Assembly: GCA_037131755.1 (NCBI GenBank)
Contig: JBAXQJ010000006.1
Coordinates: forward strand, 1 to 48,272
DNA length: 48,272 bases
Source: a bacterium
Lineage (GTDB): Bacteria > Patescibacteriota > Minisyncoccia > Phycocordibacterales > GWA1-40-21
Direction of reading: 5' to 3'
Positions 1 to 9,263 of the stretch are shown here, piece after piece. Under the pieces are notes generated by a model. It saw nothing but the letters and a program-made list of their open reading frames with translations. It had not been told where the DNA came from and ran no database searches. Numbering within the stretch: position 1 is the first letter of the stretch; each line of letters opens with the position of its first letter. The position numbers and the translations under genes were made by a program.

Positions 1-73
1 AAGATTACTTATGTTTATTAAAAATGCAAGGCAGGTTCGATCCCTACCACGCGAGTGATACCAATCACTCGCT

Positions 74-127
74 CGCGGAGCATATACAAAAAAACGCCTT
101 TTCGGCGTTTTTTGTATATGCTCCGCG
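74..127. terminator. Long hairpin / bidirectional terminator at the tRNA-Asn 3' end
   Basis: cgcggagcatatacaaaaaaacgcc (74-98) is the inverted repeat of ggcgttttttgtatatgctccgcg (104-127), with one bulge; A and T tracts flank the GC core. Confidence 0.7.
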
Positions 128-158
128 GGTAGGGATCGAACCTACGACCAACGAGTTA

Positions 159-709
159 CACTTTATCCCAAAATTACTTTCAGGGGTGGACTATATTATC
201 ATCCTTTCGGATGTAAGGCGCTTCCGATCCGCCTCTGGCGGACAGTACTCTCTTTCGAGATAGTCTCTGAACCTTCCTACTTTTATGTAGGCTTGGCTGC
301 TGATTACCCAGACACGTAGCTTGGGTTTCCAGCAATTCACCTTATTTTCATTTCTGAGTTTCCTCAGGAAGCTGCATAATGTTTCCGTGTATTTCCATAT
401 GACAGTTAAGACACAATAGAGTACATTTATCCAACTCGGTTTGAATTTTAGTCCAAGACCTTGTTAATCCTCTCACCGATAACCCAAAATCTTTTTCTTT
501 GGGATTTCTGTGATGAAGACTTAATGAACCAACATATTTATCATAACCACATATAGTACATTTACCGCCTTTATATTTGATGGCCATTTCCTTGAGTTTT
601 CTTCTTCTCAGGGTTACAGCTTTTTTCAAATACTCAGCACGATCTTTGTACGTTCTCTTTTTTGACATTAATAAATAATATCATACTCGGAGGAAACATT
701 CTTAACGAT
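159..709 (-). mobile_element. Group I self-splicing intron in the tRNA-Asn anticodon (35/36)
   Basis: Exon ends in U and intron ends in G. Core elements on the minus strand: P AATTGCTGGAAAC, Q AATCAGCAGC, R GTTCAGAGACTA, S AATATAGTCC. IGS GCAGCTT (375-369) pairs with exon GAGCTGT. Confidence 0.9.
348..668 (-). CDS. HNH homing endonuclease (intron-encoded)
   Basis: CTICGY...LHHRNP...LLCLNCHMEIH zinc/HNH motif; lies inside the intron. Confidence 0.85.
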   Translation of the reverse strand: MSKKRTYKDRAEYLKKAVTLRRRKLKEMAIKYKGGKCTICGYDKYVGSLSLHHRNPKEKDFGLSVRGLTRSWTKIQTELDKCTLLCLNCHMEIHGNIMQLPEETQK

Positions 710-877
710 ACAGCTCGCCGCTCTACCAGCTGAGCTACCGCGGAATATATAGTTCTCGAAATCCGAGAACAGCCATATATTAGCAGAAGTCGCGGAATAA
801 ATAAAGAGATTTTGCTGGTTTTAGCACTTGACAATTCATCAATTAAGATATATAGTGCGTCCTAGAAAGGAGGATCT

Positions 878-1312
878 ATGAATATCTTAATCATCGATCC
901 GGTACGCGAACACGTGCCAGAGACGCTGGAACTGATCAGGCAAACGACGGACGGGTCTTATCACAAGATATCGAACGGTGTCTCGACGATCAGTACCAAG
1001 TACGACGAAGTGAAAGAGAAAGGCTCTTTTGACGTCGTACTGATCAGTATTGCGTCAGTTCTCGAAGGAAAAATCTTTTATACCGAATGCTGGAAATGTG
1101 AAGCCGGCCTCAAGGAAGCAATAAAGATTTTCATCCTGAGCGAGGGTTTGTCCTCGGTCCTGGCGACCAAGACCAACAAACACCTGGCTCGAGAGCTCAA
1201 GTGTCTCATCGACACTCACGGTGGCTGGTTTATCACCAAACCGTTTAACCTGACTGAGTTTTGGGCACTGATGACCGAAGCCGAGGTGGCTCTCGCCCAG
1301 AACAAACCATGA
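878..1312 (+). CDS. Degenerate CheY-like receiver domain protein
   Basis: MNILIID start, FDVVLIS where D-L-V-L-L-D is expected, IFILS, FITKPF; SD AGGAGG; upstream TTGACA. Confidence 0.6.
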   Translation: MNILIIDPVREHVPETLELIRQTTDGSYHKISNGVSTISTKYDEVKEKGSFDVVLISIASVLEGKIFYTECWKCEAGLKEAIKIFILSEGLSSVLATKTNKHLARELKCLIDTHGGWFITKPFNLTEFWALMTEAEVALAQNKP

Positions 1313-1417
1313 CCCATTTGCCGTAATGCATTTGGGTCATCTTTAATATTAGCGAGACTATACTCCAAGTAAAATTTTAGATATAATTAAGCGAATAATA
1401 AATTTAACATTAAAAAC

Positions 1418-1711
1418 ATGAGTATCTTCAACATCTTGTTTGGATCAAACAAGCCGCACGTCACGGGTAAGGAGTACAAAAAAGCCAAAGGCGAAATGTA
1501 TTCGCAGGGTTTTAATAAGCGCGAACGAGCCAAAGTCGACCAGATTTTCGGACCGGATTATTATATGAAAGCGACAGACTCTCATCCAAGAGGTTTGGAA
1601 AAGGGTGAGATTGAAGCCAGAATAAAATGGATGCGGGACAACAAGAGCAAGCACACTTTCTCTGATCACGAAATCAACGAAATCGAACAGGATTTTAAGA
1701 AGAGACTCTGA
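1418..1711 (+). CDS. Hypothetical protein
   Basis: 97-aa ORF with upstream TATAAT and a plausible helical composition. Confidence 0.65.
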   Translation: MSIFNILFGSNKPHVTGKEYKKAKGEMYSQGFNKRERAKVDQIFGPDYYMKATDSHPRGLEKGEIEARIKWMRDNKSKHTFSDHEINEIEQDFKKRL

Positions 1712-1761
1712 CTTACGTAGATAGTATTTGGTAGATTGTATATGGTATAGAGACTAATGAA

Positions 1762-1794
1762 AAAGCCGGGCGGTCGTTGCGACCGCCCGGCTTT
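1762..1794. terminator. Bidirectional intrinsic terminator
   Basis: aaagccgggcggtcg-ttg-cgaccgcccggcttt between convergent genes. Confidence 0.8.
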
Positions 1795-1806
1795 CGGTTT
1801 TTCTAT

Positions 1807-3030
1807 CTACAATATACCTTCTACACTCTTCGCAATTTCTTCCATTTCGTCGGTCTTTACTACCAAGATTTTGGTTTTCGATCCAGGTGCGGATAATTCT
1901 ACTTCTACTCCCTCGGATTTATTATTCAATTCCATATCCAAATCGATGCCGAGGAATTGCAGACCCTCGCAGATGCGGCCACGCATTATAAACGATCGCT
2001 CCCCGACCGTTCCGGCAAAGATGAGTAGATCGATACCACCCAGGACAGCCGACATTGAACCGATGTATTTTTTCAACCTTTCGGCGTAGATATCCAAAGC
2101 CAGAGATGAATCCTTGTCGCCAGTTTTTTCCGCCTCAATCAAGTCCCGCACGTCACCGCTTTTGCCCGACAGACCGAGCAAGCCGCATTTTTCATTAAAA
2201 TATTCCTCCAACTTACTCATTCGCATACCAAGCTTGTCCGCCAGATAAATAACGGCTCCGGGATCGATTTCGCCCACCCTGGTGGCCATTACCAGGCCAT
2301 CAAGTGGCGTAAAGCCCATCGAGGTATCCATACTCTTGCCGTCTTTTACGGCGGTCACGCTGACCCCGCCGCCAATATGACAAACTACCACTTTGGCTGG
2401 CAAGGCACCGAGGATTTTCTCCGCCTGAGAAATGACCGACTGGATTGAGATGCCGTGATAGCCGAATTTTTGCAAACCCAAGTCCCGGCTGTCCTGAATC
2501 GGAATCGCGTAGAGTTTGGCCTTGGCCGGAATGGTATTATGAAAGACGCTATCTGAGACTCCGATCATCACGACATCGTCGCCAAAAGTCTTCTTGAACA
2601 TTTTGATTTCTTCGAGCGCCGGTCCTAAATGAAGAGGGACTTTTTCCAACGCTAATTTGGCCATTTTCAAAAATTCCTTATCAATTATCCGGTGAGTCAA
2701 GAAATACTGCCCCGGCGCAACGATCCTGATTCCCGCGGCATCAATCCCTTCTTTGGAAGCGATTATTTTCTTGTTGATAAGTCCGCCCAAAACACGTTCG
2801 ATAGAGCGTTCAAAAACCCGTCTGGAAATCGGTGACTTTTCAGAGGCTTCGCCAATTTTTTCCGTAACGATATAAACCCCGTTTTCCATTTCAAAGTGGG
2901 CGTTGTAGATCTTTTTGCCACCTTCGAAGACTGAATACTTTTTGGACGCACTGCCGGTGTTGATGATCAAAATCTTCTTTGGCCCATCGGTCTTGGTTTT
3001 TTCTTTTTTCTCAGATTTAAATATTTTCAT
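1807..3030 (-). CDS. ackA: Acetate kinase
   Basis: ILIINTGSASKK, KFGYHGIS, CHIGGGVS, DTSMGFTPLDG and FAGTVGE motifs. Confidence 0.93.
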   Translation of the reverse strand: MKIFKSEKKEKTKTDGPKKILIINTGSASKKYSVFEGGKKIYNAHFEMENGVYIVTEKIGEASEKSPISRRVFERSIERVLGGLINKKIIASKEGIDAAGIRIVAPGQYFLTHRIIDKEFLKMAKLALEKVPLHLGPALEEIKMFKKTFGDDVVMIGVSDSVFHNTIPAKAKLYAIPIQDSRDLGLQKFGYHGISIQSVISQAEKILGALPAKVVVCHIGGGVSVTAVKDGKSMDTSMGFTPLDGLVMATRVGEIDPGAVIYLADKLGMRMSKLEEYFNEKCGLLGLSGKSGDVRDLIEAEKTGDKDSSLALDIYAERLKKYIGSMSAVLGGIDLLIFAGTVGERSFIMRGRICEGLQFLGIDLDMELNNKSEGVEVELSAPGSKTKILVVKTDEMEEIAKSVEGIL

Positions 3031-3046
3031 ATTATTTATTATACTG

Positions 3047-3075
3047 GATTCCCGCCTCCGCGGGAATGACAGAAT
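3047..3075. repeat. dRS3/REP-like palindrome, copy 1
   Basis: gattcccgcctccgcgggaatgacagaat; second copy at 45299-45327. Confidence 0.7.
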
Positions 3076-3108
3076 CCAGCCCTTCAGTCCACCTAATAAG
3101 CTAAGAGA

Positions 3109-5487
3109 CTACCTCCCTTTCCCCGACCACACCCAATTCTCGATTTCTTCCGGATCGATTCCACTTTCAATGATATAAGTTTTGTGTTGCTTCATCTTTT
3201 CCTCGTAAATAGCTATCTTTTCTTCCGCCACAAATCTCTCTATCACATGGGCATCAGCCATTTTGCGCCAAGCCTCGATTGCCAAGTCATAACGGCTGGT
3301 CTTATTACGCATATGCAAGTCGAGCGGAGTTGAAGTCGAACCGGTCTCTATATAGCCATGAACGGAAAAACGGCCGTAGGTATTCTCGTAATCAAACAAA
3401 GACTGCTTGAGCGTTTCCGGATAGCCATGGAAATTAAAGATGACTGGCTTGTCGGCCGTAAAATATTTTTCAAATTCAGACAATGGCATCTTGCCGGTCG
3501 AACTGCCGATCGTATTTGGCGACAGTTCGGAAATATTTACCAGTCGCACCTTAATGCTTGGAGTTTCCGCTTTAATTATTTCAATTGCCGCCAGAGCCTC
3601 TTTGGTGGTGTACTGTCCAGTCGTTCCAATGACAATATCTGGTGTCGCATCTGAGGCGAAGGTCCAAGTCATAATACCCTGCTTGACCTGGGTTTCCGCC
3701 TCGGCCGGAGTCAGCCAGCGCGGTTCGACAGTCTTTTCGGCGACGATAATATTTATCTCATTTTTAGCCGCCAAGCATCTCTTGATTGTCGCCAAAGCCG
3801 AATTGCCATCGGGTGGAAAAAAGACGCTGACAAAATTATTGTGTTTTAACAAAAGGGTCTCAATGAAGCCGGGATTCTGATGGGAAAAGCCATTGTGTTC
3901 CTGGCGCCAACCGGAAGAAGTGAGAATATAATTGAAGGATGGAATATCGCCGCGCCAAGAAACGTCGCGGGCGACTTTCAAAAACTTGGAATACTGATCA
4001 GCCATGCTAGCCACAATCTGGACAAAGGCTTCATAGGAACAAAATACGCCGTTGCGGCCAGTCAAAACATAGCCCTGCAACAAACCCTGCATCGAGTGTT
4101 CCGATAGCATCTCCATCACCCGACCGCTGTGCGCCAAATCGGTATCCCATTTTTCAATCGGACCGGCAAAGACTCGCTTGGTCGTCTGAAAAACTTCGTC
4201 TAATTTGTTTGAATAAGTCTCATCGGGCGACATCAGACGGAAATTCTTCTTTTCGGCGTTCAACTTGAACACATCATTCAAATAGGCACCGATCCGTCGC
4301 ATCGAGCTCGAGCCGATGGTACCGGGAACGGTGGCGTCTTCCATAAAGACTTTTTCATCCGGCAAACGCAAATCTTGGCTTTTATCTTTCAGACCGTTCG
4401 CGATCGGATTGTCGCCCATTCGCAGATTTTCCGGCGGAACTAGATCCAAAATATCCTGATCAAAGCCCTTTTGTTGGTCAAAGAGTTCTTCAAATTTGTA
4501 AGAGCGCAACCATTTATCAAGTGCCTTGAGCTGTACCTTGTCTTTCTTCATTTCCTTGCCAACGACCTGGTGCGATTGTGAGTTACCCTCATATTTGATG
4601 CCTTCCATTTTCTTGATGCCGGTCCAGCCCTTGGGCGAACGGAAGACGATCATCGGGAAACGAGGATAATTGTCACGGTTCAAAGTGCCTTCGCGAGCCG
4701 CTTTTTGGATGCTTCGAATGTCTTCGTAACATTTTTCCAAAGTCGCCGCCATGGTCTCATAGACCTTTTCTTCGGACTTGGCGGTTGTGCCGGCATCCAC
4801 AATATGCGGTTCGTAACCATAACCAGTAAACAAAGCTTTCAAATCTTTGTTGTTCATTCGGCCGAAAAAGGTCGGGCCAGAAATCTTATAGCCGTTCAAG
4901 TGCAATATCGGCAAAACCGCGCCGTCATTTGTCGGGTCGATCAACTTACTCAAATGCCAAGAGGTAGCGAGCGGTCCGGTCTCCGCCTCACCGTCACCGA
5001 CGAGACAAGCCACAACCAGATCGGGATTATCTAAAACTGCTCCATAGGAAGTAGACAGAGAATAACCAAGCTCGCCGCCCTCGAGAATCACACCCGGTGT
5101 TGCTGGTGAAGCGTGGCTGGGGAAACCATAAGGCCAGCTGAATTTTTTTGAGATATACGAGATGCCTTTTTCATCGCGAGTCGCTTCGGGATAATACTTG
5201 CCGAGGGTTCCTTCCATAAAAACGTTGGCCTGCAAAGCGGGAAAACCATGACCAGGACCCAAGGTAAAAAGCATGTTCGCCTGCTTGTTGATAATCAGAT
5301 TGTTCAACTGAGCGTATACAAAATTGATCCCCGGACAGGTACCCCAGTGGCCGAGTAGCCTTGGCTTGATATTGTCAAAAGTCAGCGGATTGTCTAATAA
5401 ATGATTTTCTTTTAAATAGATCTGCGTCGCTGTCAGATAATTTGTGGCACGCACAAACTTCTTGATTTTTTCAATTTGTGTAGACAT
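3109..5487 (-). CDS. xfp: Phosphoketolase (XFP family)
   Basis: LLGHWGTCPG, EGGELGY, GDGEAETGP, MLSEH and HNGFSHQNPG motifs; start placed at the ATG of MSTQ (5487). Confidence 0.95.
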   Translation of the reverse strand: MSTQIEKIKKFVRATNYLTATQIYLKENHLLDNPLTFDNIKPRLLGHWGTCPGINFVYAQLNNLIINKQANMLFTLGPGHGFPALQANVFMEGTLGKYYPEATRDEKGISYISKKFSWPYGFPSHASPATPGVILEGGELGYSLSTSYGAVLDNPDLVVACLVGDGEAETGPLATSWHLSKLIDPTNDGAVLPILHLNGYKISGPTFFGRMNNKDLKALFTGYGYEPHIVDAGTTAKSEEKVYETMAATLEKCYEDIRSIQKAAREGTLNRDNYPRFPMIVFRSPKGWTGIKKMEGIKYEGNSQSHQVVGKEMKKDKVQLKALDKWLRSYKFEELFDQQKGFDQDILDLVPPENLRMGDNPIANGLKDKSQDLRLPDEKVFMEDATVPGTIGSSSMRRIGAYLNDVFKLNAEKKNFRLMSPDETYSNKLDEVFQTTKRVFAGPIEKWDTDLAHSGRVMEMLSEHSMQGLLQGYVLTGRNGVFCSYEAFVQIVASMADQYSKFLKVARDVSWRGDIPSFNYILTSSGWRQEHNGFSHQNPGFIETLLLKHNNFVSVFFPPDGNSALATIKRCLAAKNEINIIVAEKTVEPRWLTPAEAETQVKQGIMTWTFASDATPDIVIGTTGQYTTKEALAAIEIIKAETPSIKVRLVNISELSPNTIGSSTGKMPLSEFEKYFTADKPVIFNFHGYPETLKQSLFDYENTYGRFSVHGYIETGSTSTPLDLHMRNKTSRYDLAIEAWRKMADAHVIERFVAEEKIAIYEEKMKQHKTYIIESGIDPEEIENWVWSGKGR

Positions 5488-5534
5488 GGGTGAATTATAG
5501 CAAACCACAAAAATAATGCTATAATTAACCCATG
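5485..5534. promoter_or_regulatory. Mirror-image divergent extended -10 promoters (probably leaderless)
   Basis: TGCTATAAT-N6-ATG on both strands; the 18-bp arms match 17/18. Confidence 0.65.
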
Positions 5535-6101
5535 CTAAACGAATCAGTTAAATTGGTTCAGACCAATACCCAAAATATTACCGGCCTTCACCCAAAGATT
5601 TTTGGTGATTTTTCCAATATCAGCGGTGACGTTTCAAAAATCGAAGGCAATGTGACTATTCATAAAATCAGCGGCAACGTTTCCAATATTTCCGGTAAAA
5701 TCGACGGTGTCACCGGCGATGCGACGAATTGCCGTGGCGATGTGACGGATATCGTCGGCGATGTCTCGAACATCCGCGGCTTGATTTCACCTATTGCTGG
5801 CGATATCAGCGGTATTGTCAGCAACGTCTCAAATATTCGCGGCGACGTATCACATATCCGAGGCGACGTCAGCAAGATCGAGGGTGATGTCTCGAACATA
5901 ATCGGCGATGTGGCTGACCTGTCTGGCGACGTTTCCAACCTTAAAGGCAACATTACCTCGCTCAAAGGTTATGTCAGCAATATCAGCGGTCTAGTTACAA
6001 ATATTACCGGTGACGTCTCCAACATCTACGGTGATGTAACCGGACTAGAAGGCGACGCTACCGGCCTATCAGGAAACGTTGAAGAACTATTTAGGAAATA
6101 G
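5532..6101 (+). CDS. Heptapeptide-repeat (IxGDVSN) protein, probable beta-solenoid
   Basis: More than 20 tandem 7-aa repeats of consensus [IL]-x-G-[DN]-V-[ST]-[NK]. Confidence 0.75.
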   Translation: MLNESVKLVQTNTQNITGLHPKIFGDFSNISGDVSKIEGNVTIHKISGNVSNISGKIDGVTGDATNCRGDVTDIVGDVSNIRGLISPIAGDISGIVSNVSNIRGDVSHIRGDVSKIEGDVSNIIGDVADLSGDVSNLKGNITSLKGYVSNISGLVTNITGDVSNIYGDVTGLEGDATGLSGNVEELFRK

Positions 6102-6121
6102 AGCAAAGAAAATCCCCGCAA

Positions 6122-6508
6122 TTAAGCGGGGTTGTTAGCGGAGACCAAGTCTTTTTTGCAAGAACTTTTCTTCCGCCGATTATATCTGTTTTTGGCGGTG
6201 ATAGGATACATTTTTTCTCCGCCGTTCAAATCAAGCTCGAGATTGGCAATGATTTGCGGAATTAATTCATTCCAACAAAATACTTCACCTTTCTCGATTC
6301 GAATACTGTACATATCATAAGACAAATCTTCAATTCCGTTGATTTGAAGGATATGTCTTAAGAAACTCGGCATTTTTTCATGTTTCCAGGCCTCATCAAA
6401 ATCTCCTGAGTCCTCGACACATTCGTAATCAATCTTATGTAACCTCCGGTTGAGGTGAATAACAATAAAATTTCTACCCTCTTTCTTGTCGATTTTGTAT
6501 CGAAACAT
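6122..6508 (-). CDS. Hypothetical protein with Nfu/NifU N-terminal-like domain
   Basis: PSFLRHILQINGIEDL...IRIEKGEVFCWNELIPQI resembles the Nfu_N pattern; SD GGAGG. Confidence 0.5.
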   Translation of the reverse strand: MFRYKIDKKEGRNFIVIHLNRRLHKIDYECVEDSGDFDEAWKHEKMPSFLRHILQINGIEDLSYDMYSIRIEKGEVFCWNELIPQIIANLELDLNGGEKMYPITAKNRYNRRKKSSCKKDLVSANNPA

Positions 6509-6669
6509 GTCTACCTCCCTTTAAATTTGCTACCTCGCCATATTATGTTCCTAGAATTATAAATGTAAACACTTCCCTTTTTTCAAAAAATATGTTTTAA
6601 TGGATGGCAATCGCGCTTCGGCGCCTTTTATAATAGATTTATTGGAACAATTTACTAATACACATTCAA

Positions 6670-8460
6670 ATGGAAATTCGTAATATCGCTATAATCGCCC
6701 ACGTGGACCACGGCAAGACCACCCTGACCGATGCTTTGATGCAACAGGCCGGTATGTCTGAAGCTGGTGCCACCATGGATGTAAACGCCCTGGAAAAAGA
6801 GCGCGGTATTACCATTTATGCCAAAAACACCTCCATTCCTTACAAAGGCACAAAAATAAACATCGTTGACACGCCCGGACATGCCGACTTTGGTTCTGAA
6901 GTGGAACGCGTGCTTCGCTCGATTGATACTGTGCTTTTGGTGGTGGATGCCCAGGAAGGACCAATGCCACAAACTCGCTTTGTGCTAAAAAAATCACTCG
7001 AACTCGGCCTGAAACCGATTGTTGTTATAAACAAAATTGATAAAAGTGCCGCCAAGCCGGAATGGTGCCACGAAGCCGTCTTGGAATTGTTTATGGAACT
7101 CGGAGCAAACAATGAACAATTAGATTTCCCAACTATTTATGCCATCGGCCGAAAAGGCGTAGCTATGAAAAACTTAACCGATGAGCAAAAAGACTTGACT
7201 CCGCTTCTTGATTTAATTTTGGAAAAAGTTCCGCCAACTTCTAAACCGGAGGATATTGATAAACCTCTATCAGCTCAGATATTCAACCTTGGTTACGACA
7301 ACTTTATGGGTCGTTTGGGTATTGCCCGCATCTATACCGGAACCCTAAAAAGCGGCGAGAGAATTTTTGCTAAAACTCATGACGGCATTTCTCGACCTTT
7401 TAAAATTACCAAACTATTCACTTTTGAAGGTATCCGCCGAAAAGAAGTCTCCGAAGCGATCGCTGGCGACATTGTTCTTTTTGCTGGACTGGCCGACGCC
7501 TATATTGGCGAGACAATTTGTCAAAACGAAGACCAGCCAACTCTTCCTGCCATCAATATCGATGAGCCGACTATTTCCTTGAACTTCCTGGTCAATGACT
7601 CGCCCTTTGCCGGCCGCGAAGGAAAATTTGTCACCGGCCGCCAGATCCGTGAACGATTGGAAAGAGAGCTGGAAATGAACGTTGGTCTCCGAATCGAGTT
7701 TACCGGCGACGCCATGAAAGTCTTTGGGCGCGGTGAGTTGCACGTGTCTATCTTGATGGAAAATATGCGCCGTGAAGGTTTTGAATTGCAAGTATCCCAA
7801 CCACAGGCGATCATCAAGGATATTGACGGTGTTAAAAGCGAACCGTATGAAGAAGTCACGATCGATGTCCCAGAGGATGTCTCTGGTGCGGTTATTGAAA
7901 AACTCGGCAAGCGCCGTGGCATTATGCAGGATATGAAAAATCACGATGGCCAGGTCCGCATGATTTTTGAAGTGCCGACCCGCGGACTCCTGGGCTACAA
8001 AGGCCAGTTCATCGTTGACACTCGGGGCAATGGTATCTTGTGCAGCCGAGTGATCGGCTTCAAGCCTTATGCCGGCGAAATCGTGAAGCAGGAATACGGC
8101 GCAATGGTCTCGATGATGTCCGGAAAAGCCCTCGCTTTTGCCCTCTGGAATCTCCAGGACCGTGGCTTGCTCTATATCGAACCGGGTACTGAAGTCTATG
8201 AAGGAATGATAATCGGTAACGTCACAAAAGGCGATGATTTGGACGTCAACCCGATCAAAGGCAAGAACCTGACGAACGTCCGCAAGACCAGCTCCGATGA
8301 AGCCATTTACCTCACCCCGGCGATGATTTTGGATATTGAAAAAGGTTTGGAGATCATGAGCGATGAAGATTATCTGGAAGTCACTCCGTCGTCAGTCCGC
8401 CTGCGAAAAAAATATTTGACCAAGACCGATCGCGATCGCGCTTTCCGAAAAACTGAATAA
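6670..8460 (+). CDS. typA: Translational GTPase TypA/BipA
   Basis: IRNIAIIAHVDHGKTT, DTPGHADF, NKID, GRGELH and the C-terminal EVTP..RLRK. Confidence 0.97.
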   Translation: MEIRNIAIIAHVDHGKTTLTDALMQQAGMSEAGATMDVNALEKERGITIYAKNTSIPYKGTKINIVDTPGHADFGSEVERVLRSIDTVLLVVDAQEGPMPQTRFVLKKSLELGLKPIVVINKIDKSAAKPEWCHEAVLELFMELGANNEQLDFPTIYAIGRKGVAMKNLTDEQKDLTPLLDLILEKVPPTSKPEDIDKPLSAQIFNLGYDNFMGRLGIARIYTGTLKSGERIFAKTHDGISRPFKITKLFTFEGIRRKEVSEAIAGDIVLFAGLADAYIGETICQNEDQPTLPAINIDEPTISLNFLVNDSPFAGREGKFVTGRQIRERLERELEMNVGLRIEFTGDAMKVFGRGELHVSILMENMRREGFELQVSQPQAIIKDIDGVKSEPYEEVTIDVPEDVSGAVIEKLGKRRGIMQDMKNHDGQVRMIFEVPTRGLLGYKGQFIVDTRGNGILCSRVIGFKPYAGEIVKQEYGAMVSMMSGKALAFALWNLQDRGLLYIEPGTEVYEGMIIGNVTKGDDLDVNPIKGKNLTNVRKTSSDEAIYLTPAMILDIEKGLEIMSDEDYLEVTPSSVRLRKKYLTKTDRDRAFRKTE

Positions 8461-8529
8461 TTAAAAAACTCTACATCGGCAATAAACAAACCCCGACGCG
8501 TGAACGTCGGGGTTTCTGTTGGCCGGAAA

Positions 8530-9096
8530 TTACTTCCAGCAACTGACCCGGTGATCGGTGACAAAAATGTACCAACCTTTCCGGATTTGTTCGGAGACGC
8601 TGCCCTTGAATACCACCTTGGGCGGTGTTGTTTCCTCGCGAACCATGAACGGATTGAACTTCACTCCGTGAGAGATCAGGCGTCCGCCCAGGCAGAACGA
8701 GCAAATCTTGCTCGGTATAGGTTTGGGAACATTCTGAACTCCTCGCACGCGCGGGGTCGATTCGGCCGTCGCGATCGCCGAGCAAATGTCAGCGTAGTCG
8801 CTATGAATCAGGGTAAAGTTTTCACAGATACCGGCCGGGCGCAACTTGAGATCACGCACCACTTGAATCGCTTCATCTTTTCCCCGCTCAGTCGCCGGAC
8901 CGTCGACGTGGAGCACATAGAAATCCGCTCCCACCGACTGACTGGCGCTCACGTCGCAGTAATGCTTGAACTCAAGCACGCCTCGACTGTGATGGGCAGG
9001 CATTTCCCCGCCAATTGGCATTTGAACTTTGGCTCCGGCCAAAGTCCGCGGTTTCAGTAATTTCAGAGAACCGCCCAGAACAAAACCTTTGCACAT
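8530..9096 (-). CDS. Hypothetical protein
   Basis: ORF started at MCKGF, behind an AGGAG SD; hairpin terminator at ~8488-8515. Confidence 0.55.
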   Translation of the reverse strand: MCKGFVLGGSLKLLKPRTLAGAKVQMPIGGEMPAHHSRGVLEFKHYCDVSASQSVGADFYVLHVDGPATERGKDEAIQVVRDLKLRPAGICENFTLIHSDYADICSAIATAESTPRVRGVQNVPKPIPSKICSFCLGGRLISHGVKFNPFMVREETTPPKVVFKGSVSEQIRKGWYIFVTDHRVSCWK

Positions 9097-9263
9097 ACAA
9101 CATCTCCTAACTATATAAACATTAAGGAACAAAACATCTACCCAGGTCGATCTTAGCCACTCGGCTAGGATTCTTGGATAGAAGAATAACATTACCACAC
9201 AATAACAAAAAAGCAAGCCATCAGGCCTGCTTTTTTGATTTGATTCCCAATCGGGAAAATAGA

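Larger units (their letters stand above)
121..744 (-). tRNA. tRNA-Asn(GUU), intron-containing (exons 744-710 and 158-121)
   Basis: 5' exon TCCGCGGTAGCTCAGCTGGTAGAGCGGCGAGCTGT joined to 3' exon TAACTCGTTGGTCGTAGGTTCGATCCCTACCCGCGGAG gives a cloverleaf with anticodon loop CT-GTT-AA and T-loop TTCGATC; CCA is not fully encoded. Confidence 0.93.

Noticed and set aside
31-56. Second tRNA gene on the plus strand
   Set aside because: Only a T-arm fragment is present; there is no D arm or anticodon arm upstream.
8500-9060. 186-aa plus-strand ORF
   Set aside because: It starts inside a terminator hairpin and overlaps a minus-strand ORF that has a clear SD.
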